Source: the human T2T-CHM13v2.0 reference genome, Homo sapiens. From it: a stretch of DNA of 64,000 bases. Below, piece by piece: positions 1-12,370 of this stretch; positions within the stretch are counted from its first letter, which is position 1, and each line of letters starts with the position of its first letter. The notes beneath the pieces are model-generated. The model ran no database searches and was not told the DNA's origin. It was given only the letters and a program-made list of their open reading frames with translations. The position numbers and the translations under genes were made by a program. The DNA lies in NCBI RefSeq assembly GCF_009914755.1, contig NC_060932.1; one strand, written 5' to 3'.

Positions 1-418
1 TTTATTATCTTATAGTTTTTAGGTCAGAAGTCCAAAATGAATCTTATGGGTTAAAATCAAGGTGTCAGTGAGCTACACTCCCTCTGGAGGAGCTAAGAGT
101 GAATCTATTTCCTTGCCTTTTCCTGCTTCTAGAAGCCAACTGCCATCTTTATATTTTGGCCCCTTTCTCCGTCTTCAAAATGCATCCCTCTAACATCTGC
201 TTCCATCATCCTATCTCCTCTCTGAATTTGACTCTCCCACCTCCCTCTTATAAGGACTCATGATTATATTTCCAGGCCTGGATAATCCAGGAAAATCTCC
301 TCATCTCAAGATCCCTAACTTAATCACATTTGCAAAGTCCTTTTTACCATGTAAGGTAACATATTCCCAGGAATGAGGACATGGACATCTTTGGGGAGCC
401 ATTATTCTGTCTACTACA
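1..418 (-). mobile_element. MaLR LTR, MLT1D/E-like, cut by the window edge
   Basis: Antisense MLT1 motifs: GATAATCCAGGAAAATCTCCTCATCTCAAGATCC, TAATCACATTTGCAAAGTCC, GGACATGGACATCTTTGGGG, ending ATTATTCTGTCTACTACA. Confidence 0.85.
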
Positions 419-454
419 AAGCCCAAGCAAGAAATTGCTTAATGTCTCAGCAAC

Positions 455-830
455 AAAAGAATGGAAAACTGTATATTTGTATACTGGAATACTATAATAG
501 CAATGAGAATGAACACCATTCGATGACATGCACTATTATAAATGAATCTCACAAGCATAATATTGAGGGAAATAAGTCAGGCACAGAAGACTGTATGAGT
601 CCCTGTGTATGAAATACAGAAAGAGGCAAAAGTGACCTATGGTAGAAGTCAGGATACTGGTTGCCCTGGATGTGGGGATTCATGATTGGGTGGGAACTTT
701 TGGGGAAGTTGATGGTGTTTCATTCTTGATCTGAAAGCTGATTCGTGGGCGTGTTGTTCATCTGAAAGATTCATCAAACTGTACACTTATGATACATGTT
801 CACTTTCCTGTTTGTAAATTTTACTACAGC
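455..830 (+). mobile_element. L1ME 3' UTR fragment
   Basis: ATGAATCTCACAAGCATAATATTGAG, GAAGTCAGGATACTGGTTGCCC, TTCATCAAACTGTACACTTATGAT resemble L1ME 3' ends. Confidence 0.75.
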
Positions 831-904
831 TTTTACCAACAAAGGGGAAAGATAGGGCCCTGGGAGTATAAAGACCCCCCAGAATGCTGTAACTTACTGC
901 TATG

Positions 905-1115
905 GGAAAAACTTAAGCTTCAGAATCAAATAGGCAGGACCTAGAATCACAGTGCTTTACTAGCTCTGTGATCTTCTGCACATTATTTAATCTCTTGGTC
1001 CTCAGTTTCCTCCTCTATAAAATGGGGACAATAACACTTTCTGCCTCGCAACTTCACTGGATTGTTGTGACGTAATGTTTGGGAAAACAAGTGAAATGTA
1101 ACAAGGGCTGAGTAA
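905..1115 (+). mobile_element. MIR SINE
   Basis: MIR core: TACTAGCTCTGTGATCTT...CCTCAGTTTCCTCCTCTATAAAATGGGGACAATAA. Confidence 0.8.
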
Positions 1116-2129
1116 ATGCTACCTCCTCTGCTTTGCTCTTAAATCTGTCTTTCAGCAGAGCAAATATACAACAGGAGAAAGAAAAGAAATAACTATCTCA
1201 GAAGTTGTATGTTTTTTCATTTTCAGTGCCATGTTTAAAAAATATTTGCCAAGCATTGTAGAAGTTGCTCCAGACTCTGTAAAACTGGTGAAGTAGTTCT
1301 TTGTTTCTTTATAAACACTGCCTATTTCTTTATAAAACTGCCAGTTGCATTGTGAAGATCACTTTTACAAAGGTGAGCCACTTGAGATCATGAGAGCTAA
1401 AACATGTGCAGGAATTACTCAAGGAGCAGGGTGGAAACACAGCCACTCCAGACTTCTACCCACAAAGCAAGCACAGCCTAGCTCATCTATCCTTGTGACC
1501 AGAAGGGATATCTCAAGACCAAACCAAACTTACACCTAATCTACATTGCCCTGCAGTAGGGCATAAGAAAGGAAGATGAAAATAAAGACAGGTATAAAGT
1601 GGGTTTCCCTTGAAATACAAGAACACAGCATATTTGAGACCAGAACTGCGATCTGGAGCCTTAGGGGCCCTTTAAAGAGTTTCGGGCTCTTGGAGTTATT
1701 GTGCTTGTGTCAAGGTCACTCAGACCCACATGCAGTCTGGTTTACAATCATCTTTTTAAAGTCTTGGTTTACATTTCCCATTCCCAGCCAGAATCTTTTA
1801 TTTGTGATGTTTAGTTCTTTATTTGTATTTTCTCACCCCCGTTTTTATTGCCACTAGTATTATTTCAGCATCATTTAATTTTTGATTCAGACTTGGGTTA
1901 CTTCTCCAGCCCTATCTTGTACCCTCCCCTCTTTGGTTCTGCTCCCCACATTTCCCCATTCTCTTTCTCTCCAAGTACCTTGTCACTCCCTCTCCTCCAC
2001 GCTCCTCCGGCTCAACCCTCCTGCATGCTTCCCTGTAGGCACCTCCACAGGGAAAGCTTGCCCTGTTCCTCCAAGCCCGCATCATTTCATCACACCTCCA
2101 GGCAAAACTGAATCGTGCATTTATCACAT

Positions 2130-2266
2130 GTAAGCTGTCTCTTTACCTATCTGTTCCGTGCCCTAGATCCTGCACTCCATCAGAACAAGGACTGGGTAAT
2201 TCTCTCCTTCCTTCCCAGTGCCTCACTTAGAAGGTGTTCTGTAAATGTTTGTCGAATGAATGAATG
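2130..2266 (+). mobile_element. L2 3' end
   Basis: CCCAGTGCCT...TAAATGTTTGTCGAATGAATGAATG terminus. Confidence 0.7.
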
Positions 2267-3244
2267 TCTATCTGGTGGCTACCAGCTATAGGCAGCAGGT
2301 AACATCCTCCAGCTTTTATTGTATGTGTAGATTGACAGTCTCTTGTTACAAAAGTTATCAGATTCCATTTTTAACATAATGGTGCCTTATTTGTTACTTA
2401 GATAACTACTACCAATAAGCCCTTAACCCTTTGTTCACTCTTCTCTCTGCCCTTAAACAGAACACCTCCCTTATTCTAAAACAATCTTCATGACATATTT
2501 AGACCTCTCTTATCTATCCAATCAGTAATTTTAAACCAAGTGTAGGAAAGAAATGCTGTGAGAACTCCAGGTAACTAGTGAGGTAATTATTGCTTTATCT
2601 TTACCTTAAAGTCTAAAAAAATAAAAATTGCTTCCCCAGGCCTAAGTGATTATCCTTTCTGTGGGTACAGTGATTTTGATAGAAGAGGCTAAAGATCTGA
2701 GAGTGGTAGCCAGTCCATTACATGTAGATGTATTTTTTACTTCGTAATTGTGGCTGGTATTTCTCTTTTCCTCACTTCCAATTAGAAAAAAAGAAATCTA
2801 AATTTCAAAAATGTAAGTCATTCTCTTTAACAAACTACAAACTCAACTGAATTCTAAGGGAAACATGAGTATTTATTTCAGACATGAGCTTAATTTTGAA
2901 CATAAAAGCAGATGAGACACCTCTCCAGATAGAGCTGCTGTAAACTGCTTAGAGTGGTGTAAATCCGTGCTTGAAAAGGCAGCAATAAAGCAAGGATCAC
3001 TTCTTCCCAGTAAACAGCAGAGTCGTGATAAGGCCGGTCTTACTCTCATTGGAAATAAACCCAGGCAGTCTGGTTCAGAGCTCCTGCAGCTTCTCAGGAA
3101 AACAAGGGCAGTCCAAACAATCTTTGCAAAGACCCCAGAAGAACAGAACACAGACTGCTCTTTTCAGAAATTTAACGATCACAAGAAGTGCAAGAGATAG
3201 GGAAGTTGCATGAAAGAAAAGCGGGGCCAAGAAAAAGCATTTTC

Positions 3245-3720
3245 AGGGAAGGAGAGTTTGGAGCCTGATTTTAGCTTGACAGAAAAGAGCTAAGGGAGAA
3301 GGAGAGATTAAAGATAAGAGCAATGGGGGTGGCAGGTGGTGGAAATTCCCCTGCCCCCCGCCAGAAGGCTGTAATGCATGCCGGTCTGAAGAGGGGTAGA
3401 CAGATTCGACTTTTAAAGGCGATGAGACTCTGAAACAAGAAAAAGGAATGAGCAGAACACGGGTGAAGATAAAAATAAATTTTGAATCAGAGACAAGGGA
3501 GGTTGAGAGTTCACCGTATATGGCTTCAAGGATCGCTGTGAAATAGGAGGTAATTTCATCTGCTGAGAGGGAGGGAATTGGAAGGCTGAGGATTGAGCGG
3601 TGTAAAAAGGCCCGAGAACACCTGCTCAGAGGAACAAGATGTGTAGGTAAGAAAGATAAGTACAAGGCTTGCCAAAATTTACTCAAGACTGCATTTTCGG
3701 GAGCAATTTTACTTGTGCTT
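3245..3720 (-). mobile_element. L2 ORF2 fragment
   Basis: Minus-strand peptide LSADEITSYFTAILEAIYGELS resembles the L2 ORF2 motif LSADDLASYFTEKIEAI. Confidence 0.7.
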
Positions 3721-3789
3721 CGGTGAGCAAGGCCCTGAGAAAAAGGAGTTTGGGGTTTGACCCTTTTTTATCCTACATAATTACCGCTT

Positions 3790-3950
3790 GATACCAGCGA
3801 GTTTATTAAAGCTCTCTTGCTTCATTTCCCCTATAAAACAATTTAATAATACTTGCCCCTTTCCTACCCCATAGGACTTTAACAAGCATTAATTAATATC
3901 TTCAAAGTGTCCCAAGTGCCTTGGGAAAGCACTGTACAGGATTTTTTCAT
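3790..3950 (+). mobile_element. MIR fragment
   Basis: GCTTCATTTCCCCTATAAAA...TAATAATAC...ATAGGAC core-like sequence. Confidence 0.5.
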
Positions 3951-4623
3951 CATATCTATTATTCTCACAATTGCATTTCTACACCCTCTGTTTAGAATGA
4001 GTTGGAATACAATCTTAACAGCTTCCTTCACTTTATTCCAAAGTGTGTGTGTGTTAAGACTATCTGAAATCAACCATTGAGAGGCATCAGAAGCAAAGAG
4101 AACAAAATCTAAAATGTTATCCAGATGCCATTACACCAAAAAGAAGCATTATTAGGAGATGTTACAAACAAAACTTGTAGTCTTTATAGAACTCATTGGC
4201 CTATAAGTATGTAATGAATAAAAGCAAAGCATTTCAAACTGACCCTCCTCACAAAATGCCATGACCTAGTAGACAAAAACCCATAACTACTAATGAAATA
4301 CACAATACAGTAATATTGAATACTTCACTGCATGATATAACAATATCTCAATGCTAAGGAATCCATTATTCTATATCATAATTTTTCTAGCTTTATTGTT
4401 TAACATAATCCAAATCCCTTCTTTCCTTCCTTTATCTTGTTATTCAACAAATCTGTGTTGATCATCCATATGTGCAGGAAGTATGTTAAGCCTGAGAGAG
4501 TGTGCGTAGCATCCACCTAGCTATGCCTGCCCTTCCCCTTTCATTAGCTAAAATGCTGTCTCCCTTTATTTTTATTTCTTTTTGAATGGAGCTTAGATAA
4601 GTACAGCTGAAATTCTATACCAA

Positions 4624-5011
4624 TGTATTAGTCCATTCTTGCACAGCTGTAAAGAAATACCTGAGACTGGGTAATTTATAAAAAAAAGGTTTAATTGGCT
4701 CAAGGTTCTGTAGATTGTACAGGAAGCATGGTGGCATCTGCTCAGTTTCTGGGAAGGCCTCAGGAAACACAGTCATGGTGGAAGGTGAAGGAGGCACATC
4801 TTCCATGGCCACAGCAGGAGGAAGGTGAGTGGGAGGTATTACACACTTTTAAACAACCAGATCTCATGACAACTCACTCACTATCATGAGAACAGCAATA
4901 GGGAAATCCAACCCCATGATCCAGTTACCTCCCACCAGGCCCCACCTCCAATACTGGGGGATTACAATTCAACATGCGATTTGGGTGGGGACACAGATCC
5001 AAACCGTATCA
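4624..5011 (-). mobile_element. MSTA-like MaLR solo LTR with 5-bp TSD ACCAA
   Basis: TGTATTAGTCCATTCTTGCAC...GGGACACAGATCCAAACCGTATCA; ACCAA at 4619-4623 and 5012-5016. Confidence 0.92.
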
Positions 5012-6054
5012 ACCAACACCACCTTCGTTGTATGGACATTATTTATTGGTATCGGTATGTGGAGTCCTCAGTAGCACCTCTGATACCAAGAATTTGTTAA
5101 CCTTGATCCAAATGACTGCTTCACAGGCCATAAAATCATTTGGATGAAACCATCACAACCTCATCTATGGGTAGAGGTGACTTTCACAAGTTGATTTCTG
5201 ATAACAGCCGCTGTGTGTTTGTAGGATGTAGCTGCTATGATGATATGGGGAGAGAAGAGGAGAAAGTTCTTCCTTTACATAAAGTTTTGCCAGAGTTTGC
5301 TCCTTTGCACTTAAGTTGAGATATGATATAGTATATCTGATTTCCATGGCACAGAATTGAGCTTTGAAGTCAGAAGAGTTTCTTCAGATTCTGTAAGCAA
5401 GACTTAGATTTTACTCTTCTACATTATCCAAGACCCCAGGATATAGCAAGGCTATGGTTGGCTGGATGGAGAAAGTGGGGTAGAAGGAGGAAAACAGAAT
5501 CCTGTTACAAAAAAGGTAAACAAAACAAAATCTCAAAGCTAAAGTCATAAAACTGACAATACAGCATTTCCAGTCCACAAACTTAACGTGGCTATGATTT
5601 AGGTTTTGTGAAGTGGAATTTGTCTTGAACCCCCAACACAATGTGGAGAGAGCTCAAGATTCTTGTGACCATTCCACAACTACAGACATCAAGAAAATTG
5701 CATGCATGGATATGTGACATGCTCACAATTCCTTTTACAATTCCTCAAATTTGTATCACCTAAAATTATCACAAATCCAGTATTCTTTGTGTTTTACATT
5801 TGTTATGCTTGAGACTAATTCCACAATTGCTTTAACCCTGATGGAGATCGAGTTCAAATATTTTCCCAAAAGACCTCACAAAATAAAATTGCCATCAATG
5901 TCCAGAAATTTTGCCCCAAAATAATAATAAGGAAGCAAAGGTGAGGGCAAAGAGACAGATGCAAATGTAAAAACCAAGCTAAGCAAGGGAGCAGGGCCAA
6001 TTAGAGCCAATGCAATTTCCATATGGAGAGAGTTAGGATTTCTCAAGTCGCAAG

Positions 6055-6375
6055 TATGGCAGGCTGTTCTCCTATGACAGTAGCAACATCTTCCATTGCA
6101 CGTGTTTTCCTAGAAATTTGCCATTTTTCCAGCAAGATGGACGTCTACGTCCCCTCCCCTTGAACGTGGGCAGGTCTTTGTGACTAGCTGACCAATCAAG
6201 TCTGTCAGAAGTGACACTATATGACTTCTGAGGCTAGCTCATACAATGCCACTCACATTCACCTTGTTCTCTGAGGATACTGTCTCCAGAACTCAAAAAG
6301 CATGTTCTGAGGAAACCTAAGCAGACCATGCAGAGGTCTCCATGGAGAAAAGCCAAGTTGCCTGCCCACATCCCA
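6055..6375 (+). mobile_element. MLT1G/H-like MaLR LTR, 5' part
   Basis: CCCCTCCCCTTGAACGTGGGCAGG, TGACCAAT...CAGAAGTGACACTATATGACTTCTGAGGCTAG, GAGGAAACCTAAGCAG. Confidence 0.75.
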
Positions 6376-6554
6376 CTCACCTCCCCTATGTTTTGTATAT
6401 ATTAAACTTACAATTCTGTCCTCTAATGATCTATCAGTTTTTTTGTTTGAATCACTGCAGCTTTATGAAATGTTTACTACCTGTTAAGGCAATTTGCCAC
6501 TCAAGCTTCTTCATCTAATTAGCTACCCCTGTCCAAATTGAAAACTACAAAAAT

Positions 6555-7140
6555 TAAGGATATGAACATTTCAGTTATACAGGAGCTCAAGATGTCTATT
6601 ATGTGACACAGTGATATAGTTAATAAGAATGTACTGTACACATTGGCCTTCTGTGTCCACAGGTTCTGCACCCGCAGATTCAACCAACTGTGGATCAAAA
6701 ATATTTGTAAGAAGAAAACAATAAAAAATGCAACAATTAAAAAATACCAATTTTTTAAAATACAAGATAACTATTTACATGGCATTTACATTGTATTAGG
6801 TATTATAAGTAATCTTGAGATGATTACTTATAATAAAGTAGGAGGATGTGCATAGGTTGTATGCAAATACTACACCATTTTATACAAAGGACTTGAGCAT
6901 TTGCAGATTTTGGTATCTGCAGGGGGTCCTGGAACCAATCTCTCACGGATACTGAGGGATAACTGTACTTGAAAACAGCCAAAAGAATAGATTTTATGTG
7001 TTCTCATCACACACAAAAAAAACTCAATGAGACAATGCACACATTAGTTAATTTGATTTTGGCATTCCAAAATGTGTACATCAAACATGTTGTACACTAT
7101 ATATACATAAAATTTTTATTTTTCAATTAAAAAAATAAAT
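6555..7140 (+). mobile_element. L1MA 3' end, interrupted by MER2
   Basis: ATAGTTAATAAGAATGTACTGTA | CTTGAAAA...GATTTTATGTGTTCTCATCAC...TCAATTAAAAAAATAAA joins across the MER2. Confidence 0.8.
6641..6965 (-). mobile_element. MER2 (TcMar-Tigger) non-autonomous DNA transposon
   Basis: GATTCAACCAACTGTGGATCAAAAATATTT and GGGGTCCTGGAACCAATC...CGGATACTGAGGGATAACTG followed by TA. Confidence 0.9.
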
Positions 7141-7202
7141 TCACACAAATGATTTTAAAAGCTATTAAAATTACATATATACATCTATGTGAATATACAT
7201 AA

Positions 7203-7321
7203 TGTTAGTTTCCTAGGGCTGATGTAACAAAGTCATATTTTTTGGAGGACATAATTCAGATAAGACTGGGCACAGTCAGGGTGGTATGGCCATTGACAAG
7301 GACATAATTCAATCCTCAACA
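7203..7321 (-). mobile_element. Internally deleted MLT1 (MLT1B-like) LTR retaining only both termini
   Basis: TGTTAGTTTCCTAGGGCTGATGTAACAAAGT joined directly to CATATTTTTTGGAGGACATAATTCAATCCTCAACA once the 5S insert is removed. Confidence 0.65.
7256..7297 (-). pseudogene. 5S rRNA retropseudogene fragment (nt 1-42, tailless)
   Basis: Reverse complement GTCAATGGCCATACCACCCTGACTGTGCCCAGTCTTATCTGA matches human 5S nt 1-42 at 33/42, with 6 of the 9 differences at CpG sites; 13-bp TSD AGGACATAATTCA. Confidence 0.9.
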
Positions 7322-7349
7322 CACACACCACACTCTCTGGGAACTTTGC

Positions 7350-7740
7350 TATATGATAAGTGCTAAGAATCTCAATTAACTTATTTTCTAAATGTCAAAG
7401 CAGTTTTCCCCCAGTAACACATTAATTAAGTCATTCTCTTTATATCATTAGGGTTATCTCCTCTACCACATATTAAATTTTCATATGTTATATGATGATT
7501 TGAACACTCCATTATGATCTATTTTTGTCTACCTGCCCAAACACCACATTGCTTTACTTATTGTAGTTTTATAACATGTTTTAGTAACCTGCAGGATAAG
7601 TACCTCTCATTGCTCCTATTTTCCACAATGACCTAAAGCTATTTTCACTTGTTTATTGTTCCAGATAATTTCAGAGGTGCTTTCTTGAGTTTCATCAAGA
7701 ATTGGGATGGTATTAAACATACATACTAATCTAGGAAAGA
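7350..7740 (-). mobile_element. Old L1M ORF2 fragment
   Basis: ACCACATTGCTTTACTTATTGTAGTTTTATAA...TTATTGTTCCAGATAATTT, antisense L1 ORF2-like. Confidence 0.65.
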
Positions 7741-9499
7741 TACAAGCTCCCATTTAACCCAAAAAGACTGCCCAGGCAGGTAGGGCTGGGCAGATGGGCC
7801 TGAGCTTTTCAGTCCCTTTAGTCCCCAGAAACCCACCTCCCATCCCCTACCAAGACTCCTGTTGGATCCACAGATGGCATCCACAGCTACTATTTATAGC
7901 TTACCCAGACTTCAAGGAGCCTACATGGCAAATCCTTTGAACTCTGCCTTTAAACCTGTGTGACCTCTACACTTCCAACCTTCTATACTGTTTCCCTGAT
8001 CTTAGGCCATCTGTATCTTCCTTAAAATGGGCCTGGTTTCCTCATAGCCAACCCAGCCCACCAACCTTCTGTTTGCCACATCGTTTCCTCTGGCTCCAAA
8101 GACAGCACACAACCAAGCTATAAGAAGAGGCTCCAGGAAGACAATGAGATAAAATAAGGTGTACAAACCGAAAGGTCTCAGGATGTACAACACAGCAAGG
8201 CTAATGTGGCATCCCCTCATCCTTTCTTAACTTGATGACACAGGAGAGCTGGCTACAACTATTGAGTGCCTGTCACTTCTCTATTCCTGACACTGTTTGA
8301 AAGAAAAAAAGAGGAGGGCGGGGGTGTCCTATCAACATCCAAAACATTTTTCCTCTTTCGCAAGTTAGTTTCCTTGCTGCAGAAAAGCACAGCATGGACC
8401 TAATGAGTTGTTTATTTGCTTTTACATGCTCTGCTACAACTGCCACAGCCTGTGAATGAATATATCTTTGCAACAGCCAACTGCTTTGTAGTAAAGGGAC
8501 CAAGACCACTGACTCTTCTCACTATAGACTAAGCTAGACAACAGATCACCCCAGACAAAATATTTTTCTTTTCTACCTCTTTCTTTTGCCTTCCCCTTCT
8601 TTTGTTCCTTTGATTTAGAGTTCTGTGATGCTTAATGAACAATACACTTCCCAGCAAACACAAAGCAAGAAAAATTCAGTTAGGATTATAATCACAGTTT
8701 CAATTATTTACACATGTTAGAAAATATTGCCATTGGGTTCTCTGAGTTATTTATGCTGTTTTCTTCCATTTCAAAGTGCTAAAATATTAGCCCTATTCAT
8801 TACAAACCAATTGTTTTTAACATGATTCTTCCCCCTCCCCTTGCCCGTCTGAAATCCAATTTATAGCCTGCTAAAGGCTTCATAAGTTATTTATGGATTA
8901 TTTCCTGGGGTCACATTAATCTGGTTCCTTGTTACTTTACACTAATTTCACTTTGCCACAGTAAAGTAAGGAGATTTGATCTCTTGGGAATTAATCCATA
9001 GAGACCTCTTAATGAGGCAAAGCTGGAATGGAGCGAGCTACTGGGTTTAATTCTAAACCCAGTAGGGAGAGTGGCTGATGTGGTTGTTGACTTTGGAAGA
9101 AGAAACAGAGCATGCTTTTCTCAGCCCTTTTTTGTTTCCTCTCTTCCTAACTGCCCCCCTGACTGAATGTAAGGGGCTACCATCTGGAGAAGACTTGCAT
9201 TATTCCTGGTATGTAAGAGACTGAAGGGGCAGTGGATGTAAAGTGTGTCTATTCAGAGTTGAAATATCAGCAAATTCCTTTGGCCAAGAAATGAATGTCA
9301 CATGCTCCATTACTTTATCAGTAATAGAGCTCACACAATCCATTGATCTCTGTCTTACCACTGGATCCAACCCTCTAATTGGAAGGGCAAAAAAAAGGTA
9401 TATTATGTATTGACACCTTGCCCTCTTCCCCTCTCTCCAAGAAAACCCAACATGTAAAATATCAACAAAAACTAGGCATTGCTAGGGAACTGTGCTCAG

Positions 9500-10090
9500 T
9501 TATGCAGACGGAGGAAATTGCAAGTTACCAAATCTGGACACTGATATGAAGCCAGCATCCAAGCTAGAAGATTACATTACCCCATTGTTATCTCAGCGAA
9601 TAATTTCATTTTGTAGAGACATTAAAAGAGGAAAATATTATCTCCTGGACTTACTGAAAAGATTGTTAAATTGTGTGTTGCAGACATGATCAGAATCTTC
9701 CAGGAGTTCAAATCATCATATAACAAAAAAAGAAGTTAGTGATCGACCCTAATATGATAGTAAATTAAAAACAGTCATGACATTGATGATAACGTTTGTG
9801 AATAGTACAATGAAGAGCAGCTCTGAGCAATGGTGATCCATTGATTTGCTCTACACCAATAAATCCACTAAAACCTCTAAGACAAAATGTAGACCAGTGC
9901 TTTAATTGTAAAACCACAGCTAGCAAAGTTCTCAGTTGTCCTTGGTTCATCCATTAGTTCTTCCTCAAAGACATTAAAAACATATCCTTCATTTATCAGT
10001 CTTTTTAATTTGTGAAATGCATTACTTCATATATTTTCATCTCTCCTTGATTTAGACATAGTTGCCAATATACTTTCAGAACCAAAATTA
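9500..10090 (-). mobile_element. Decayed hAT (Charlie-like) transposase fragment
   Basis: Frameshifted minus-strand peptides in hAT order: VFNVF...SGFIG...LHCTIH (CxxH)...SLQNEI...LDAGFIS...NLQ. Confidence 0.45.
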
Positions 10091-10769
10091 ATTAAAAGAA
10101 ATCAAGTTCAGTGATTAGGCATTGTTCCTGATATTTGATCTTAAGTGGTAAAATGATGGGAAGAAAAATCAATAATTAATGTCTTCTTTCTAGCATTAAA
10201 TATTTCATACTAAAGCAAAAAACTCTCTAAGAAGACTTCAGGGCAGAAAAGTCCTTCAACTATATGGATATATGGAGATCCCCATTTGATGAAGAGAGCA
10301 CTGGGATTTTGGCATAATCAATTGTCCCATAAATCTATCCAAACTACAGTAGGAACTAAAGTTTCCAGTGTGGCACCTCTGGGACAAAGCAAATAGAAAA
10401 TTGAAAGTGGATAGTGTCTACACATGAAAGAAGAAATATAAACAGCCTCACAAATAACCATAAAAATAAAAATCAAAACAAGTTTTTATTTTCACCTATC
10501 AAATTATTACAGATTTTTAAATAGGTAATTGTCTGACTTCCACCCCCAGCAAAGGAACCAGTGCTTCCTGAGGCTGAGTGAAAATCCAGAAGGCAAAGCA
10601 TGTGCTTGGACCCCTCAGCTGAGCTGATCAGAGATAAAGGGTCAGAAAAGTGAATGAAGTCAGAATCTAGGCAGAAAATTTAAATTCAAATACCCAGAGA
10701 AAGATTGGGAAGACTGGTAGATCTTGGAAGTGCCAGAGGCAGCATCAGAAGCAGAGCACAGAGCCAGGA

Positions 10770-12370
10770 AGCTGAGAAGTTCTGCTCCCATGCAAAAAGG
10801 AATAACAGGGGACAGATTTAACTTCTCACCTTCAACAACTAAAAAGCTGGACAACATACTATGGAACTACAGTTTTCAAAAATTGGACAATGGGCAATGT
10901 AGAATAGTAATCTTGAGAGAAGGGAAATAACTTAAGCCCTATGAGTGACTGAGCTTAATACTTGGAGAGCATTTTCAGGCCACACCACTGGGAGGAGGAA
11001 CCCAAGCAAAACTCACCCATGTCCCCGAGTTGAGAAAGCCCAAGGTGGAAAAAACTCTGGGGCAGAGGAGAAAGCTTCAATGTGATAAAGTTCTGGATAT
11101 TTGCAGACAGGTCCCCTGAAGCTTTTTGCTAACTATTGATTATCACATGCATGTGAGAAAACTGCCAAGGCCAAAGAAAGAACCACTGGAAAAGAGCTAG
11201 CAGAAAAATCTCCAGGGAAAACAGGATGATGAAGAGTTGTTGTCTTCACCAGCCAGAATAGAGGAACTCCTAACATGCAGGACATTAAACAGTGTCCTCA
11301 GAAGAATATTGTCCCAGGAGTATGGCCAAATTAACCCTAGGCTAAAAGATGCTCTAGATTTCCCTTAACAAAACTATCAATGAATAAAGGAATCCTAAGA
11401 AAGGGGAGGGGAGCGAGCCAAAATTATTTAAAAGAATAAAAAACTTAGCAATCAACAATATGAAATACACAATATCTACATCAAATCAAAAATTACCAGG
11501 CATGCAAACAGACAGGAAAATATGGCCCACACAGAGAAATGCCAATCAACAGAAACAGACCCAGAATGACACAGAAAATAGAATTGGTAGATAAGGACAC
11601 TAACTAGCTACAAGAAATATACTTTATATGTTTAAGAAAGTAGAGAAAAGTCTAAGTATAATTAGGATGAAGTAAAAAGATACCAACTAAACTTATAGAA
11701 ATTACAAGAACAACATCTGAGATTTAAAAAATACTGCTACATATGATAGATTTTAAAGCATGTCCCTAGATATGATTGACAACAGATTAGATGCAGAAGT
11801 AGTGAATACAAGAAAAGGCAATAGAACTATACAACATGAAACATAAGGAGAAAAGATACTGGAGGTGGAAAGACATAAACAGAGATTAAGTGAACTATAC
11901 AACATGAAACATAAGGAGAAAAGATACTGGAGGTGGAAAGACATAAACAGAGATTCAGTGAACTATGCAACAGTATCAAGTGAACTAACATATGTGTAAT
12001 TGGAGTCCCAGAAAAATGGGAGGCACTAATATTTCAATAAATTTTTTTCTAAATTTGACGAATATCATAAAACCACATACATAAGAAGCTGAATGACCAC
12101 CAAACAAAAGAAACACAAAGAGAGCCACATCAAGGCAAAGGATAATTAAATCTCTGAAAACCAATGACAAAGAGAAAATCATAACAGTATCAATTACATG
12201 AAGAGGAAGAAAACTAAAAATAATAGCAGACTTCTCATGAGAAACAATGCTATCCTGAAGATAATGCAATGTTGAAAAAAAAAATACCTGGCAACCTAGA
12301 TTTCTATAGTCAATGAGCCTATCTTTCAAAATGATTAAAGTGAAATAAAGACTTAAGGAAAAGAGACAAT
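10770..12370 (+). mobile_element. Old L1M (L1MD/ME-type) 5' region and decayed ORF1
   Basis: AAAATTACCAGGCATGCAAA...CAGGAAAATATGGCCC, AGAAACAGACCCAGAA, TGTGTAATTGGAGTCCCAGAA, AGCAGACTTCTCA, CAACCTAGATTTCTATA. Confidence 0.85.
11824..11972 (+). repeat. 68-bp tandem duplication (2 copies plus 13 bp)
   Basis: 11824-11891 and 11892-11959 differ at one base (A11888 vs C11956). Confidence 0.95.

Noticed and set aside
3243-3686. 147-aa minus-strand ORF
   Set aside because: Decayed L2 ORF2 fragment.
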